DNA of 54,722 nucleotides, counting the filler, from Sphacelaria rigidula (Eukaryota), in assembly GCA_964200075.2 (NCBI GenBank). It is 5 parts of 5 records of this genome, joined end to end, with 100 filler letters (N's around TTAATTAATTAA, not from the genome) between each part and the next. Parts side by side here need not be neighbours in the genome. Positions count along the whole stretch, not along the records: positions 21,931 to 32,795 come from CAXNAA020005772.1; positions 32,896 to 43,759 come from CAXNAA020005773.1; 3 more parts are not named here. One strand, 5' to 3'. Positions 25,223 to 37,929 of this stretch are shown piece by piece. The position numbers and the translations under genes are program-made. Below the pieces are notes generated by a model. The model saw only the letters and a list, made by a program, of their open reading frames with translations. It was not told the origin of the DNA and made no database searches. How positions within the stretch are numbered: the first letter of the stretch is position 1; every line of letters starts with the position of its first letter.

Positions 25223-25794
25223 TGGAGATGAAAGTGGACCTGTTTATCTCCACTTGCCAACTCAAATGTAGGATAAGTATGATGAGTGGGGCTGTGTGAT
25301 GCAGAGTGGGGGTGCAATGATAATGGCGGGATGGGGCGGAGGGTTGGGGTTTTCTTTGCCTTCTTTTCCGTCGGGAAGTCTTTCTCTGATCTTATACAAA
25401 GAGTCGAAAATCGCTCCCTGGAAAAGATCGCGAGCTGGCCCTGCGAGCAGACGGGTGGCAGGCTCGAGAGGGCTGTTTTACTGCTCTTGCTGATGGGATG
25501 GGACACGATAGCCTGGCGATTTGAAAATTGCTGCCTGTATCGAATAGGCGCGTCAAACCGAAACCGAAAACATCTGAGATAAATAACCCAAGATTCTCTG
25601 ATGTGCATTTCGAAAAAGATCGTTTTTCGAAGATCAGTTCGGAACTACATCGTCTATATGTCGTGAAGAAGTCATACTCCAACTTTAGAGTATTTTCGGA
25701 ATAGTTGTGCTTGCCCCCGACAGGCTTCGCAGTGGGATGGCAGCGTGCTTTCTGTTCTTGGCACCCTGCCTGTGCTACCGATTTCTGGGCCGCA

Positions 25795-28700
25795 ATGGCG
25801 GCATGCATAAGAATGAGTGTTTCCCGCTCTTCAAGGTGCTGGACTCTGAGCACTGGTATGGTCGTGCGTAGACACCGCAGGACTGTCATGACGGGTGCTT
25901 CTCCCCGATCCCTTGTGCTCTTGCAGCAGCAGTCGTGTCTGTTGGCCTCAAGCACCCGGCGGCGGGATTCATCGCTGTCAGCTGCTGCGACACCTGTTGC
26001 AAGTAATGAAACATCCTCCCAAGTGGGTGAGAGCTCGTGGTCCGATTCGCTTGCTTCTGAGGCAGCTGGGCGCGCGTGTAAAGACTCGTACGAAGACGCT
26101 ATCTACAGGGTGTTGTGCGAGCCGCTGATGAGCAATGGAAGGTTACTGTCGTTGATGGGGACCTTGCTCCAGGCTGGGGAGACCCCGTCTGTTGGGCTTA
26201 TGGAGAGCTTGTCGCAGGAGCTGTCTGAGAGCAGAGATATCGAGGCCGTTCTGGTGAGCTTTACTTTACATTGACTAGCTGTAACCTGGCAGTTGTCACG
26301 AGCACGTGTTTTGCCTCGGAGGGTTCACGTATCTGTTGGCTCTCTCGCGGATTTTGTCACACGGCGATCGATCAATTGGCCGACCAGTTGATAAAGGCTA
26401 GTTAACCGGCGTTGGGCTACAAAGATCCATGGTTGACACATTCTACAGTACCGCTACCCTTAACCCTAACCCAAAGCCAGCACATACCGAGAACCCTTGG
26501 GCAAGTGCAGTACATAGCATTCGCTAGGCAAAGTGCGGCCTTGGTAGACCCCAAATCGGCGCCTGTGGCGCTGGTTTTAACGATATTGTAGTCAGCATCA
26601 GAGCTATTGCGGGTTTTTTCAGGAATTTCTCGCGTACTACACTTCGATAGAATTCGAAAGTGCTAGCGTCGGTAGATTTTGGTATAATAACCAGATCGTC
26701 CGCAAAACACGGTGCCCAAGTTAGTGTTACGTGGTGTTATCGGGCGATACGAGTGGATACCCCGTTTATCAGGAGGGTGTTATTGACAGTGAAACACAGG
26801 TTATCGACTCTAGTGCAATGAGTACGTAGAATTTAAGAGAAAAACAACCCTTGTAAATTTAGTTTCTTCACAATTACGATCAAAATAGGCTCGATCGATC
26901 AAAAATACCGAAGAGTCAAAATCTGGGCTAAAAATTGGCAGGACCCCTGATGACCGGTCAGCGCGTAAGTCACTCAATATTTCGTACTGATGATTTTTTT
27001 TCTTGGAAGATGGAGCGGATACAAACATCTTCAGATCCACAATGTGAAAAGCGGTGGCAAGCGAGAAGAGACCAAGAAAATCGCCAATTACGAAAAAGAA
27101 ACACAAAATGAAAAGGTCAGACGCTAAGTAGTAATAACGCATTCTGTACACGCGAGGGGCACACGGGACTGTCAGCCCTACTAAAGATCCGATTCTCGTT
27201 GTACAGACTCAAATCAAGTAACGTGTCAACCATGAGTCTTGGTGTCAGTCACAGGTTCCGAACAAGCACAGCGGTATAGAGCAATGGAAGCTCTGAAGCA
27301 CACCAATCAAGCGCAATCCAGTGCAGTGCAGCAGCTATGCGCCTCGGAGAGAGGAAAGCAACTGCAAGTTTTGTCACGTCTGCACAACTACACTACGGTG
27401 CAGTATCTCCATCGAAACCCCATCGTTCCGACGCCACAGCCAGTCAGCAATCTACAACAGAAGCCAGCAGGGCGATGCACGTCAACATACAAGAATATTC
27501 TCTATAGTCGCCAATATTTAGGATCAATGAGCTAAGCGCAGGCTTTCCGGAGATCATTCCAAAAGTATGTGAGCCCAGACATCGTCTGCCTCCCTTTTGC
27601 ATGCTGCTCAACCAGGTCATGCGAGATCTCTTCCGGCGTGCCCTACCCGACACTGCTGAAGGCAAACCACTCAGCGTAATGTATCTCGCAGTGGTGCGAG
27701 CACACATCATCCGGGGGGAGAGGGTCGCTGCACTTGCTGCAGTGGATGAGATGGAAGAAGCAACGGGGCGAGTTGCGGATGCAAGTGTGTTTGTAGACAT
27801 GTTGGATATGTGCGCCGCGATGCCGGCGAAAACGTCGAGGCGTGAACTGGAGGAGATTTGGTCTCAAATAGAGGTAAGATCGATGATTTTTATGGCACAG
27901 CTTTAGTAGGTGGAGCATCGTGAAGTGACTGTCATTTGCGGTAGTGCAGGACGGAGGGGAGGAAGGTGTTGGCGCCGGATAGTACGACTTTTCCTCGGCT
28001 TCGCAACGGATGCGCATGCAATTTTTCTATCTTGGCACCGGCATTCGGAGCGTTCCCCAACGCGCACCCTTTGGGAATGCGCCCGGGGGCGGACATTTTG
28101 TGGCCACAGTCATCTCGGCAACTACCGTGCAACGGACCACGAACGGCATCTATCCCGTCATCAGCACCACCGTTTTTCCTTTATCGTAGTGGTCGAGGAA
28201 CGGGTACAATGTATGCATTCTCAGCTGTATAGTTACATTTCCGATAATAGCAGCTCCCGGTGTTTCGATTATTTCTTCTTTGCTTTGTTCACCGCCCGTC
28301 TTCCACGGCTTTGCAGGCCAGAGGGCTGACAACGGGCCATGAGATCTGTCAGGATCTTTTCGTTGCCCGCATGGTCGCCTTTGCCAATTCCTCGGGGCAG
28401 GAGCCCAATAGGCTATCACAGGATGCTTGGCACAGAGTGAGGAAACAGTTGTCAAAAGTCTCGCGCAGAGATGATCCGCTTGTCGTGTTTTTAGTGTTTC
28501 GTGCTGCAAACTCCTGTGTAGCGAATTGCTGTCGACGCTTTATGCCTTGTTCGTAGATGATAGATTTGTTTTCGAAATTGCTTTTTAAAAATATTTTGTC
28601 GTATACCTGCACAGGACAGCTGCGTTCCATGTTGCTGGCTCGTGTGCGCAAGCTCTAGTGCTCCATTTCCTGAAAGAAAAAACGTTTTATATCTCTCTGG

Positions 28701-31700
28701 ACCCGTGCTCAGCCGAAAAGTTCTCAGGGGCAAAACCATACGAGCGCAAAAAAGTACCTACCCATACCTACCCAAGCACCGCTCTCTGGTATCGGTCCGT
28801 GCTCGGTAATGCTGCTTGATGCAGATGATAATTAATCTACTACGGTGGCGTTATTTCGTTGATGTGTTTGCTGTAAGACCGGTTTTTAACGGTAGAAATG
28901 AATTTGGAAACTCCCTCTTGCTTTCTCCATTTTTAATTTGAGGAATTGGAAAAACGACGATTTCATGCTTAATGGTATAGACACACGCCCTACGTTTCAC
29001 ACCCTGTCACACGGTGTCATGCCAACAGCGCACGCCCCCGATATCCTCACGGTCACCCCCGAGAACAGCTAAGTGGTATCTACAGCGCAGCGTAGTCTTG
29101 ATATGGACCGTATCATGGGCGATGCGTGCCGCGGACTACATGTAAGAAGCGGCAGTGATGATTTTTGGGAGTGCCCACGTACCAAATGTAGACGTGGAGA
29201 CAATCACTGCGATGGCAGAAACGTGGTGTAGCTCTTCAAAAAAACATGTCATGAGTGAAAGCGTGCATGGAAGATGTGCAAAAAATGGGGAGGGGGAGCA
29301 CAATTTCCTGTCTTCGAGAGCTACCCTACTTGACAAGTTCTGTTCAACAATGGGGCAATTCGTCTCTGGTGTTGTCCCGCATCTACGGGAGTAGATAGCG
29401 CCGCACACTTTACTTGAGCAAAGGCATTTTGATGTGATTCTTCGCGCTGCCGTTCTCCATCTGAAAATATATATTTGTAAGCAGCACACCTGTTCAGGAC
29501 GAGTGCCGTCCGTGTGTGTCTGTTTTCGGTAGGATATCGAAACAAGGCTCGACGACATCTGGGAGAACATGTTGCAAGCGCTGTCCGATTCTGAGGTGGG
29601 AGGGGGGTCCTTGGAGAAGGCGGTTGGCCTAGTTTCCGGGAGATCGTGGCTGGTGCGGGCGCGATCGCTTGCTCTTTGCGCTCGAGACGGCGACCCGGCG
29701 TCAATATCGGTCATGTCTAGGTGAGATGATTGCCAGGATCCTGCTGTAAAATATAGTTGTGACGCTTTGTTCTGCTTGTATGTAGGCTTTTCTTCCGCTG
29801 TTTTGGTCGAAATATTGCACGGTGCGAAAAAATTGCAGAGTACGGAAATAAGGCAGCGACAGGTACGTGAAACAGAGATCGGCGTGCGTGCAATACTGTG
29901 GTTTCAAGGACTTGATGCATTTCCCCGCTGTCGGGGTTTTTTATGTTGGGTTCAGTTTATTTTTGTGCTTACATAAACCATAAGCACGAACAGTATGTCT
30001 CGCTTTTAATTTCATTTCCCGATGGCACATGCGTCGACGTCATAGTTTCTGCTTTGTGAAGTAGTTTCGGTCTTTTCCTTTGAAACAAGGTCACTGGAGA
30101 GTTTGCGTGCGTTTCTGCAGTCCGGAGAACGCTTTGATGATGATGCGTTGGCCAGCCTGGTTAGCGTACTTCGGGGGATCGCGCGGTGCGGTCAAGCTAA
30201 CAAGGTGTGGAGCGAAAAACTTAGGAATCTTGGGCTACATGTGGATTAGATTATATAATTCAGCTTAGCGCCCCTGCGGTTTATGAACTCGCCATCATTT
30301 AATCCTCTGGACGCGGTAGATTGCACACTTCGTACGAGCTGGGCCAGCCATGAGTACGTGTGAATCTCGCTCAGGCGACGCACGGCGCGATATCAGGAGT
30401 CGGACGCTGAAATTTTGACAGCAGCTTTTCATGATCAAAATGCAGAAGATCACGGGTCCAGCAAATAAGAAAATTAAAAAATAATAAGTTATGGGCATTT
30501 GAAATTTCAGCGAAAACAAGATAATGCCGTAAGTCCAGGAAAAAAATGAGAATCTGCAGCTGGACTCGTGAAGTATCAGTCCCTTGGGCGCAGAAGGGTT
30601 TCCTGAAATTACAGCTCAAGACTCGTCGAATTGGGCCGTGCGTTTAACATTTTTCGTGACGCTGCCGCACCCCTATAAATCAGGTGATGGGAGACTCCAC
30701 TTATGAACGTCATGAGTTCGAATCCCGACAGATTCTCTTTTTTTTCGTCCGTCGTTAAGGTAATACATTATGCAGTACACATTTTTCTTTTTCATTCAGC
30801 AGCGGTGCCGTGTGTCACCAGGTTGGTCTACACTTCACAGTGATATGCTCACATCGGGTTCATTCGGGAAACTGGAGAAGCTGTGGTGTGAGCAAGTTTT
30901 AGCAGCTTTTGAGCTGGCCCAGCTCGTAGTCTTATCCTTTGCTTGCCTCTGGTTGGGGTGATTTGGTGGCTGGGCCGCTGCAGAGTCATCGCGGTATGAC
31001 GAGATTTAGCAAAGGGTGTTAGCAAGAGCCTCCATAACGGGAAGAACCTCGACAGGCCACATTGTTGTGCTGTCGAACACCTCGCAACGGGTACGTCTCA
31101 ATCGAGCGCGCCCGCTCATCTTGGCTCTCACAGCATGGTGATGCACACACCGACGTCCCGCTCTGTCTCGAGCTCAACTCGTAAATCGGACACGACCCTC
31201 GACCCAGATGCTGCTCGCTTTTATTTCCTTCAATAGCTTCCGCCGTCACGCATCCAGTACTGTTTCTACCCAGATACCGTTTGTGGTTGAGGTCGGTCGA
31301 TTCCTTCCTCCGTCCTGACTCTGTGAGTCGAGTTCCAAAGGCTGTTGCCATACACGCACGTACGTCCTCTTTGTCTGTCAGTCTCTCGCTGCTCCTTTGG
31401 CACCCAATATGCGCTGAGCTTGCCTGTTCGGCGTGTGCCTTAACAACACAGGTCCCACAGCTTTTGGAAGAGATGCGAGAAACGGTGAAATTGACGGACG
31501 AGGATTCTGAAGCGACTTCAGCTACCGCAGCAGGGCTGAGGGTGGGACCACGTATGGAGATCTTGAGAAACGCGAGCTTTCCCGAGCGCGTGCTGAGAGC
31601 GTTCAGGGGCGCCTGGTCTGGCAGACCTCAGGAGCAGGACCAGAGGACAGCATGTGCCGAACAAATGATCGAGGTTATACAGCATTTAGCAGCCGAAGCG

Positions 31701-31725
31701 CGGTTCTACGAAACCCCCACGCTAG
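25795..31725 (+). CDS. Pentatricopeptide-repeat-like helical protein, probably organelle-targeted; 5' part (exons 25795-26253, 27616-27873, 28317-28436, 29533-29720, 30090-30204, 31452-31725)
   Basis: Six GT-AG exons with consistent phases (0,0,0,2,0,1). Arg/Ser-rich acid-poor N-terminus. PPR-like segments: PLSVMYLAVVRAHIIRGERVAALAAVDEMEEATGRVADASVFVDMLDMCA and LVSVLRGIARCGQANK/VPQLLEEM. 3' end not in the contig. Confidence 0.75.
26610..27130 (+). repeat. Interspersed ~520-bp repeat, partner at ~46385-46900
   Basis: Collinear by eye (TCGCGTACTAC...CGGTAGATTTTGGTA...GGTGTTATCGGGCGATAC...GATGACCGGTCAGC...GTCACTCA) in two unrelated contigs. Confidence 0.88.
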
Positions 31726-32795
31726 GTGAGACGGACGTCGCGTCCTATCTGCTGCAGCCAAGCTGATTCCGTTGAAGTGATACGACGCAACTCGGTTGGA
31801 TACGGCCTCAACATGTACAGTACCATGACAGATGTGCTAAAGAAGAACTGGAACAGAAAAAGAGGCCAGAGCAGTGTGGTGTCTCGCTTCATTGTGTTTG
31901 TTCATAGATGAGAGGGTTCGTACCCAAATAGTGCGGTCGTAGTGGATGAGCCGCATTTTTTTCCCGAGGCCATTGATCTTCTACGACTGAGTGTGAGTGT
32001 GGTTGTGCGCAAGACCTTTCCCGCCGAAGCCATGTGACTGAGGCCGACCATCTCTACATATATATATATATATATATTTCCTTTTTCCTTTTTCCTTTTT
32101 CCTATTTTTTTTTCTCTCTTCCTCTTGCATATATATTTTTTTCCCTTCTTCTCTTGTTTATCCTCTTCTTTTTCTTAGTCTGCCAAGGGGCCTTACAGAC
32201 TGGGACACGTTATCCACGCCCCCGATTCCCAAAAACCTCATTCTGGGCGACGAGGGGGGGGTACCCCAATTTGGAGGGGTAGGTACCCCCTGATCAGATA
32301 GATATGATGACGATAGTAGGTACTGTACTGTGCAGCACGTGCATGAGCGGTTTTTCCCGTAGGCTTGTGTACAAGTTGTGTATGCTACGGCTGCACGGCA
32401 GGTGTCTGTGTGTTGTCGTCTCATCTGTTCTGGACGCCAGTCTGCACCCTCGGGTATATATGGGCGCACGAGCCGGGGTCACACACGAGGAAGGCCACAC
32501 AGTTTTTCTTTTTTATTTGGTTAAGTTCTCCACCTTCCTGCTGCGGTGCTTCCCTTATTTTTTTTTATCGATAGAGGGGTTCAGTACTCTCTTTCCCTCG
32601 TCGACCGTAAGGTCGAATTTTATTGGAACAGATTATGCCAGCATGGCGACGAATACAGAACTGTGACTTGTTGGCTACTTTCTTTAGCGACACCATCTTC
32701 ACGAAATTCTCTTTTGTCGCTTCTACCTGTGTTGCTGTGCAGTATACTGACCTTTAGAGATTGCCCCTCGGCACAGCTGTTCGGACGCGGGCACT

Positions 32796-32895
32796 NNNNN
32801 NNNNNNNNNNNNNNNNNNNNNNNNNNNNNNNNNNNNNNNTTAATTAATTAANNNNNNNNNNNNNNNNNNNNNNNNNNNNNNNNNNNNNNNNNNNN
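32796..32895. other. Artificial contig linker
   Basis: Same 100-bp N/TTAATTAATTAA/N structure. Confidence 0.99.
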
Positions 32896-33774
32896 TGGTT
32901 CAAATCCGTGTCCATAAAATGCGTTCCCCGAGTTTTTGTCCCCCCGATTTTGAAAAAATCAAGATTCGTGCTTGCCATAAAAGTGGGTCTAAGCACGCTG
33001 TCGATTTTGCAACGCGCTGAAATTACGGCCACATGTCATGTAAACCAGAGTCAACAATCCATCTGCCTCGATCTGGGGCTGGACGTTGCAGCGGTGCGCG
33101 ACGATATGAAGAGAGGTCAGATTCCATTCCGAAACTGTTTTTAATTCTGGCGCAGTACTAGCAGAGTTGAGGACTTGATCGATTACCTCTTGGGAACAAA
33201 TTCCCGGGGATTTATTATCTGATCTGAGTCTTGACGCCTATGTTCGGATCTTTACTGGGGCTGACAGTCCTAAGTGCTCCGAGCGTGCGTAAAACGCGTT
33301 CTCGTCTACAACGGCAGCGTAGGAACCGATTTGAGGTCAACCAACGCCACAGTTTGCCTCGGGGACAGACACTTCACATCCCCCTCGACCGAGGGTTCTT
33401 TGTATGCCATGGGTTTGACTGAAAAACAGAACTACGCGTACATATACGCCATATCCCCGAGTTTTTATTCCAATCAGCGACACCCACAGATAATTCGCCT
33501 TTTTTTTTCCACAGCGGGGCGGGCAGGTCCGCTGTGCCTCGACAAAGCACCCCACTATTATCGCTGTTAAAAGTTACGTGCTACACTCCAGTACGAGCGA
33601 GGACATACGATACAGCTGTACTTCTGTCATTTTCCTCCCAGCCCGCCCCCCCCAGCCGCATCTCGCAGTACGCCGACCCTGTCGAGACCACCCTTGTCAA
33701 ATTCAAATGGTTGGGGCGTGTTCAAGTGAAGCCGAAGGGGGGAAAGGGGAGGGGGGGGGGGGGGGGGGGGGGGG

Positions 33775-33940
33775 TTTTTTCGAAGGGGGGAAACCTAGGG
33801 GGAAATAAGGGTTTGTTTCTCGCTTACATGTTCTNNNNNNNNNNCCCCCCTGGGGAACCCCCCCTGGTAAAAATAAGAGGGGGGGGGGGGGGTGAGGGGG
33901 GGCGGGGGGGGGGAAGGGGGGGGGGGGGGGGGGGGGGGGC
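33775..33940. other. Low-quality assembly segment around a poly-G tract with a 10-N gap
   Basis: 33775-33834 is a G-corrupted copy of 33950-34010, and 33845-33885 is a corrupted copy of 33676-33717. Confidence 0.8.
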
Positions 33941-34229
33941 AGCGTGGATTTTTCGAAGTGGTGAAACCTAGCTGGAAATAATGTATTGATACTCGCTTAC
34001 ATGATCTACGACTCCGAGAACTTAGCTCTGTTCGAAACTGGCGGCTGATCTCGCTTACAGGTGGGGTGCTTACCCGTACCGGGGTGTACTGTACGACGTC
34101 ACAAGTCCGTCCCGTGCACACGGCAAATTATCAACACAAAACAAAAAACAAGAACAAGAAGAAAAATGTGTATCATGATGGACAAACAAGCACGTTTCAT
34201 CACCACTCTCAGTCGCTTCCTCCTTTTAC

Positions 34230-35933
34230 CTGCAAGTGCTTCTCCGAGGGTAGCTCGCCCATCCTTCCGAGAAATGCCCTCATCTCCGTCATATCGATTT
34301 CCCCATTCATGTCCACATCAAACTCCGCGAACGTTTTTTTTATCTTGCTCTGTGACCAGTATATCAGTGCAACACACGGTACACAGTTTAGTAACGGCGT
34401 AAGTCAGTACGGTGTCAAGAGAGTCGACATGGATGGCGCGCACACCCGAGTACAGAGCAGTATAGTAGCAGTGCAGCCGGTGCGGTACGGCAACACGTGC
34501 AGCGTAGTTTCGAGTCAACGGAACGAGAGATGGGCTTCAGGGCCCCCCTAGTTGCAGCGGACCGCTCGTGGGGGGATCGTATTTCTGGGGTATAAAAACC
34601 GTCTAACGCCATCTGTCGAAGACGACACCGAACAGCACTCTATGACCTTATACCCTAAAATTAGTACATTTTGTTTTGGTTCGCGCTGGTCTGCCCGTTT
34701 TTTCGCGTCTACGACGATGGGCTAGAAAGCGCCTAGCAGACGTGACGATTGGAGAACACAAGAAGCAGCTGAACATGCCGCTACTGTAGAAGCCCACGTT
34801 GCGCTAGTACTACACTTCTGAGGAATCAAATCAAATGTTGCAGCACAGCAGAGCCCCACACATGACTGTCAACACAGTACAGATACAAGTGCAGGAGCAG
34901 GGAAGGTACATTTTCGTAGATTCAGGAAGTTGAACACGTTGTGTGGCGTTCGTTGCTAGACGATCGTGGAAGAAACCAAAGGCAAAGGAACGATTATGTA
35001 CGATCTGTTTATGTGCTACTTGTTCCTCACGTGTGTAATGAGGCTTTCGAAACGGTGTATGGATCGCACCTCACAGAGTATGGATGTAATGAAAGTTGCA
35101 GAAGAACATGGCGCTGCTGGGGGAGGTGCTCCCTCTACTACGAGCCAAGAGACGTATAGACAAGTACAACAGTATACTGTACTGCAGTCAAAAACAACGT
35201 CGTGTGTGATCTCGTTACGGTACAACAGTCAGTACACAGCAACCTGCGTGAAGCATCGAGTCGACTCATGATGTACCCCTGTCTGTACCTTCACCATGGA
35301 CATTTTGATGACAACGTTTTGAAAACATGTACTTCGCGTCATTTACTTGCTCTCTTTGCTGCAGCACAACGTGTAAGGAGAGAGTGCAGTGCTCCACGAC
35401 ACGGAGAAGCAACACAATCAAGCAAGCAGCATTTGGAGTCGAATGCACCGAGCCAGACCAAAAACGGCGGAGATTATTTACTCCGTGTTGCCGAAAGAAA
35501 CGAAATTTACATACTTGCCCCGACTGTAGACTGTATTACGAGTACAGTTGCTGGTGAGCAGTGGTGAACGATCCTGATTTTTCTGTGGAGCCGTTAGTGA
35601 CGCCAAAGAAACACGCAGGAAAATGCGACCCACACACGCAACAACAACACGCAATTAACGGCAAGCACCTCATCTTCACGCTTTGGGCTTTGCTTCCAAC
35701 ACACACGTGAACACACCACAAGCAAAATACCATAATGATAACTACAGGGGAATGTCTGCAGTTTTTTGGGCGAACGGACTCAGTCTACCCCTCTTTATCC
35801 CCCACTCCCCCTCACCACGCCCCCGCCCCTTGAGTCCTACACTCAAGAACACCTGCGCACACACCTTTTCATCATCCGTGAACTCTCCAGCTAAGTGGGA
35901 CGGGAAAACCAGCAAATCGATGAATGTACTCAT
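34230..35933 (-). CDS. Calmodulin-like EF-hand protein, first two coding exons (35865-35933, 34230-34349)
   Basis: MSTFIDLLVFPSHLAGEFTDDEK/SKIKKTFAEFDVDMNGEIDMTEMRAFLGRMGELPSEKHLQ: canonical EF-hand loop DVDMNGEIDMTE; GT-AG phase-0 intron. Downstream exons unresolved. Confidence 0.82.
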
Positions 35934-37435
35934 GACAACCGCAGTCCTTTATATCCTCGTTTTCTCCAATGGGCAGCAATACCGACGGCAGCAGCAGCAG
36001 TAGCAATGACAGGAACAATCCGGAATGTTCTGCTTCTCTCCTGGTTCTTCTGTTTAGAAGTTGCCAACTGGAGGAGCGAAGCAAGCGCCCGTTGTAGCAA
36101 GTCCAAGATTAGACCGACCCTGCCCTATTATTCCACCCGCAAAATACTTCACTTCGCAACAGTCGAAACACTGCAGCAAGACCGGTGCAGTGCAACGTAA
36201 CCCAGCGGGATGCTCCCCAGAGTATCAGAGCCAAAGCTTTTACAGATTTGCGGGCCTGTCTATTTGTGGGCTACGCGGCTGGGGCGTTGTGGCTGCCTCC
36301 CGCAAATCGGTGTGCAACAAAAGTTGTTCTGATCGACTGTTGAACAATTACACCACCGTTGCTGAAGAAGGTGTGGTTCCAAATTCCATGCGGAACCCTT
36401 CGCACAATGGCTTTAAACCCGCGAAGTCTCAAACCAGGAAGACCGGATACAAACCGACCCGCTACGAAGAAATGACGAATTGGGCCCAAGACCACGTTTT
36501 AGTCAACAAGATGGCCGCCAATATTGTTTCTTATCGCTTATCATCACCTCGTGTAGGAATCTCTGTGTGAGAGGCCTCCATTCAATTGATGTCTCCCTGC
36601 ATATCAATAGCGGGCCGGGTCTGTATAGGCATGATTCTGACGCTACAATTCGGGGTGTCATATTCCATGCAATTTGGATACCGCGCGAGTGTTACACCAG
36701 GGTTACACCAAGTTACACCCATATGAGCATTGCTGCATTGGTCGCCCAGGAATGAGCAGAACACACTAGTGATCTCATCACATTTATAGTGATGTCATCG
36801 GTGTTGTACGTCGCGTTTCGTGTAGCGAGAAATCCATGAAGGGACGGCTGCGGGCACTGCTTCGTGCTCCACACGGGCACTGCTTCGTGCTCCCCAACAA
36901 GCGCTTTTTGGCGGGCGCTCTGCCCCGCCGCACGTCAAACATGCTACGGTGTATTTTCTACCAAAAATTACTCTGCAGCATGTCGGCCGTCGTGGGTGTG
37001 CAAGATGCATCTAGTACTTTCGTTTTACCCTCGAATGAGTTGACTGCAGATGGACACCCGACTCTGACATTCGTTTTTTCAAATGAAGCAATGCCAATGA
37101 AGTCAACAACACGGATAGATCGACGGATCGTAGATGGTCGAAGGGTCCAGTACGGCGTTTCTTTTTCGTCACAGCGAAGGGTACGGCTGCGCCATCCTAA
37201 AAAAGACTTGAAAAGAGAGCTGATTATGAGACGGAAGCAACGAGCATTTGACAAGATTCAGAGTAACCGTGGGATGTAGTGGTGATTTGGGGCTTCCGGG
37301 TGGCATCATCCCCCTAACGTTTTTCTTGGTGGGATAAACATTAGTAGTAGCAAGTGTTTTTCACCCGTATTTTAGACATTAGAGTTTCGGGAGGGGTGGG
37401 GGGATAGGCCAGAAAAAGTCAGGGATGATCAATTA

Positions 37436-37890
37436 ACCCTTTTGGAACCCCGCCCTCGCGTCCTCGGGCCAGACGCCTCATTATCTCAAGCCCTGACAAA
37501 GAAAAGATGGAAACAGAAAAGACCGACGGCAACCATTTTTACTGCCGAAGACGAAAGAAGAATCCAGAAGCACACGCCACGCGTGCATGAAAAATATCCC
37601 CCTAGAGATGTTGAGTAGGGCTTGCCCTATCATAACACGCAATGGGTGGAATGTGTCCAAGTGTATGCATCGATTAAAATGCACAAAAACGTCATGAAAC
37701 TTGATTTTCAAAAACTAGCAACGGATTCCGGGCTCGTACTCGGCACATCAGCATATCAGCAATTTTACGTGAAGCAAAGCACAATTTTGATGGGGCTGCG
37801 TCATCCGGTGGATAGTATCCCACGCCACATCATACACACACAGTAGTATGGCTGAGCGCATCGAAATCCTGCCATCACATGTCGAAGGGT
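37436..37890 (+). mobile_element. 5' end of a piggyBac-like element related to 16703-18228
   Basis: TTAA-CCCTTTTGGAACCC start; aligns over ~450 bp with the reverse complement of ~17798-18228 (e.g. AAAAGATGGAAACAGAAAAG.CCGACGGCAACCATTTTTA). Confidence 0.75.
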
Positions 37891-37929
37891 TGGGCACTAA
37901 CCCATACGCTATTCATATTCAGCTTGGAA

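Noticed and set aside
24934..25608. Poly-Ala or poly-Gln protein ORFs
   Set aside because: They are kept open by the CAG microsatellite, and the flanking translation is not protein-like.
26455..26472. Telomere-like CCCTAA repeats (also ~653-667)
   Set aside because: Only about two imperfect units; can occur by chance.
30841..30925. Extra PPR-gene exon (DMLTSGSFGKLEKLWCEQVL...)
   Set aside because: Weak donor; exon 30090-30204 already supplies the phase 2 to 0 link with a PPR-like peptide.
33534..34121. Gly-rich and Pro-rich ORFs
   Set aside because: They derive from poly-G sequencing error and an N gap.
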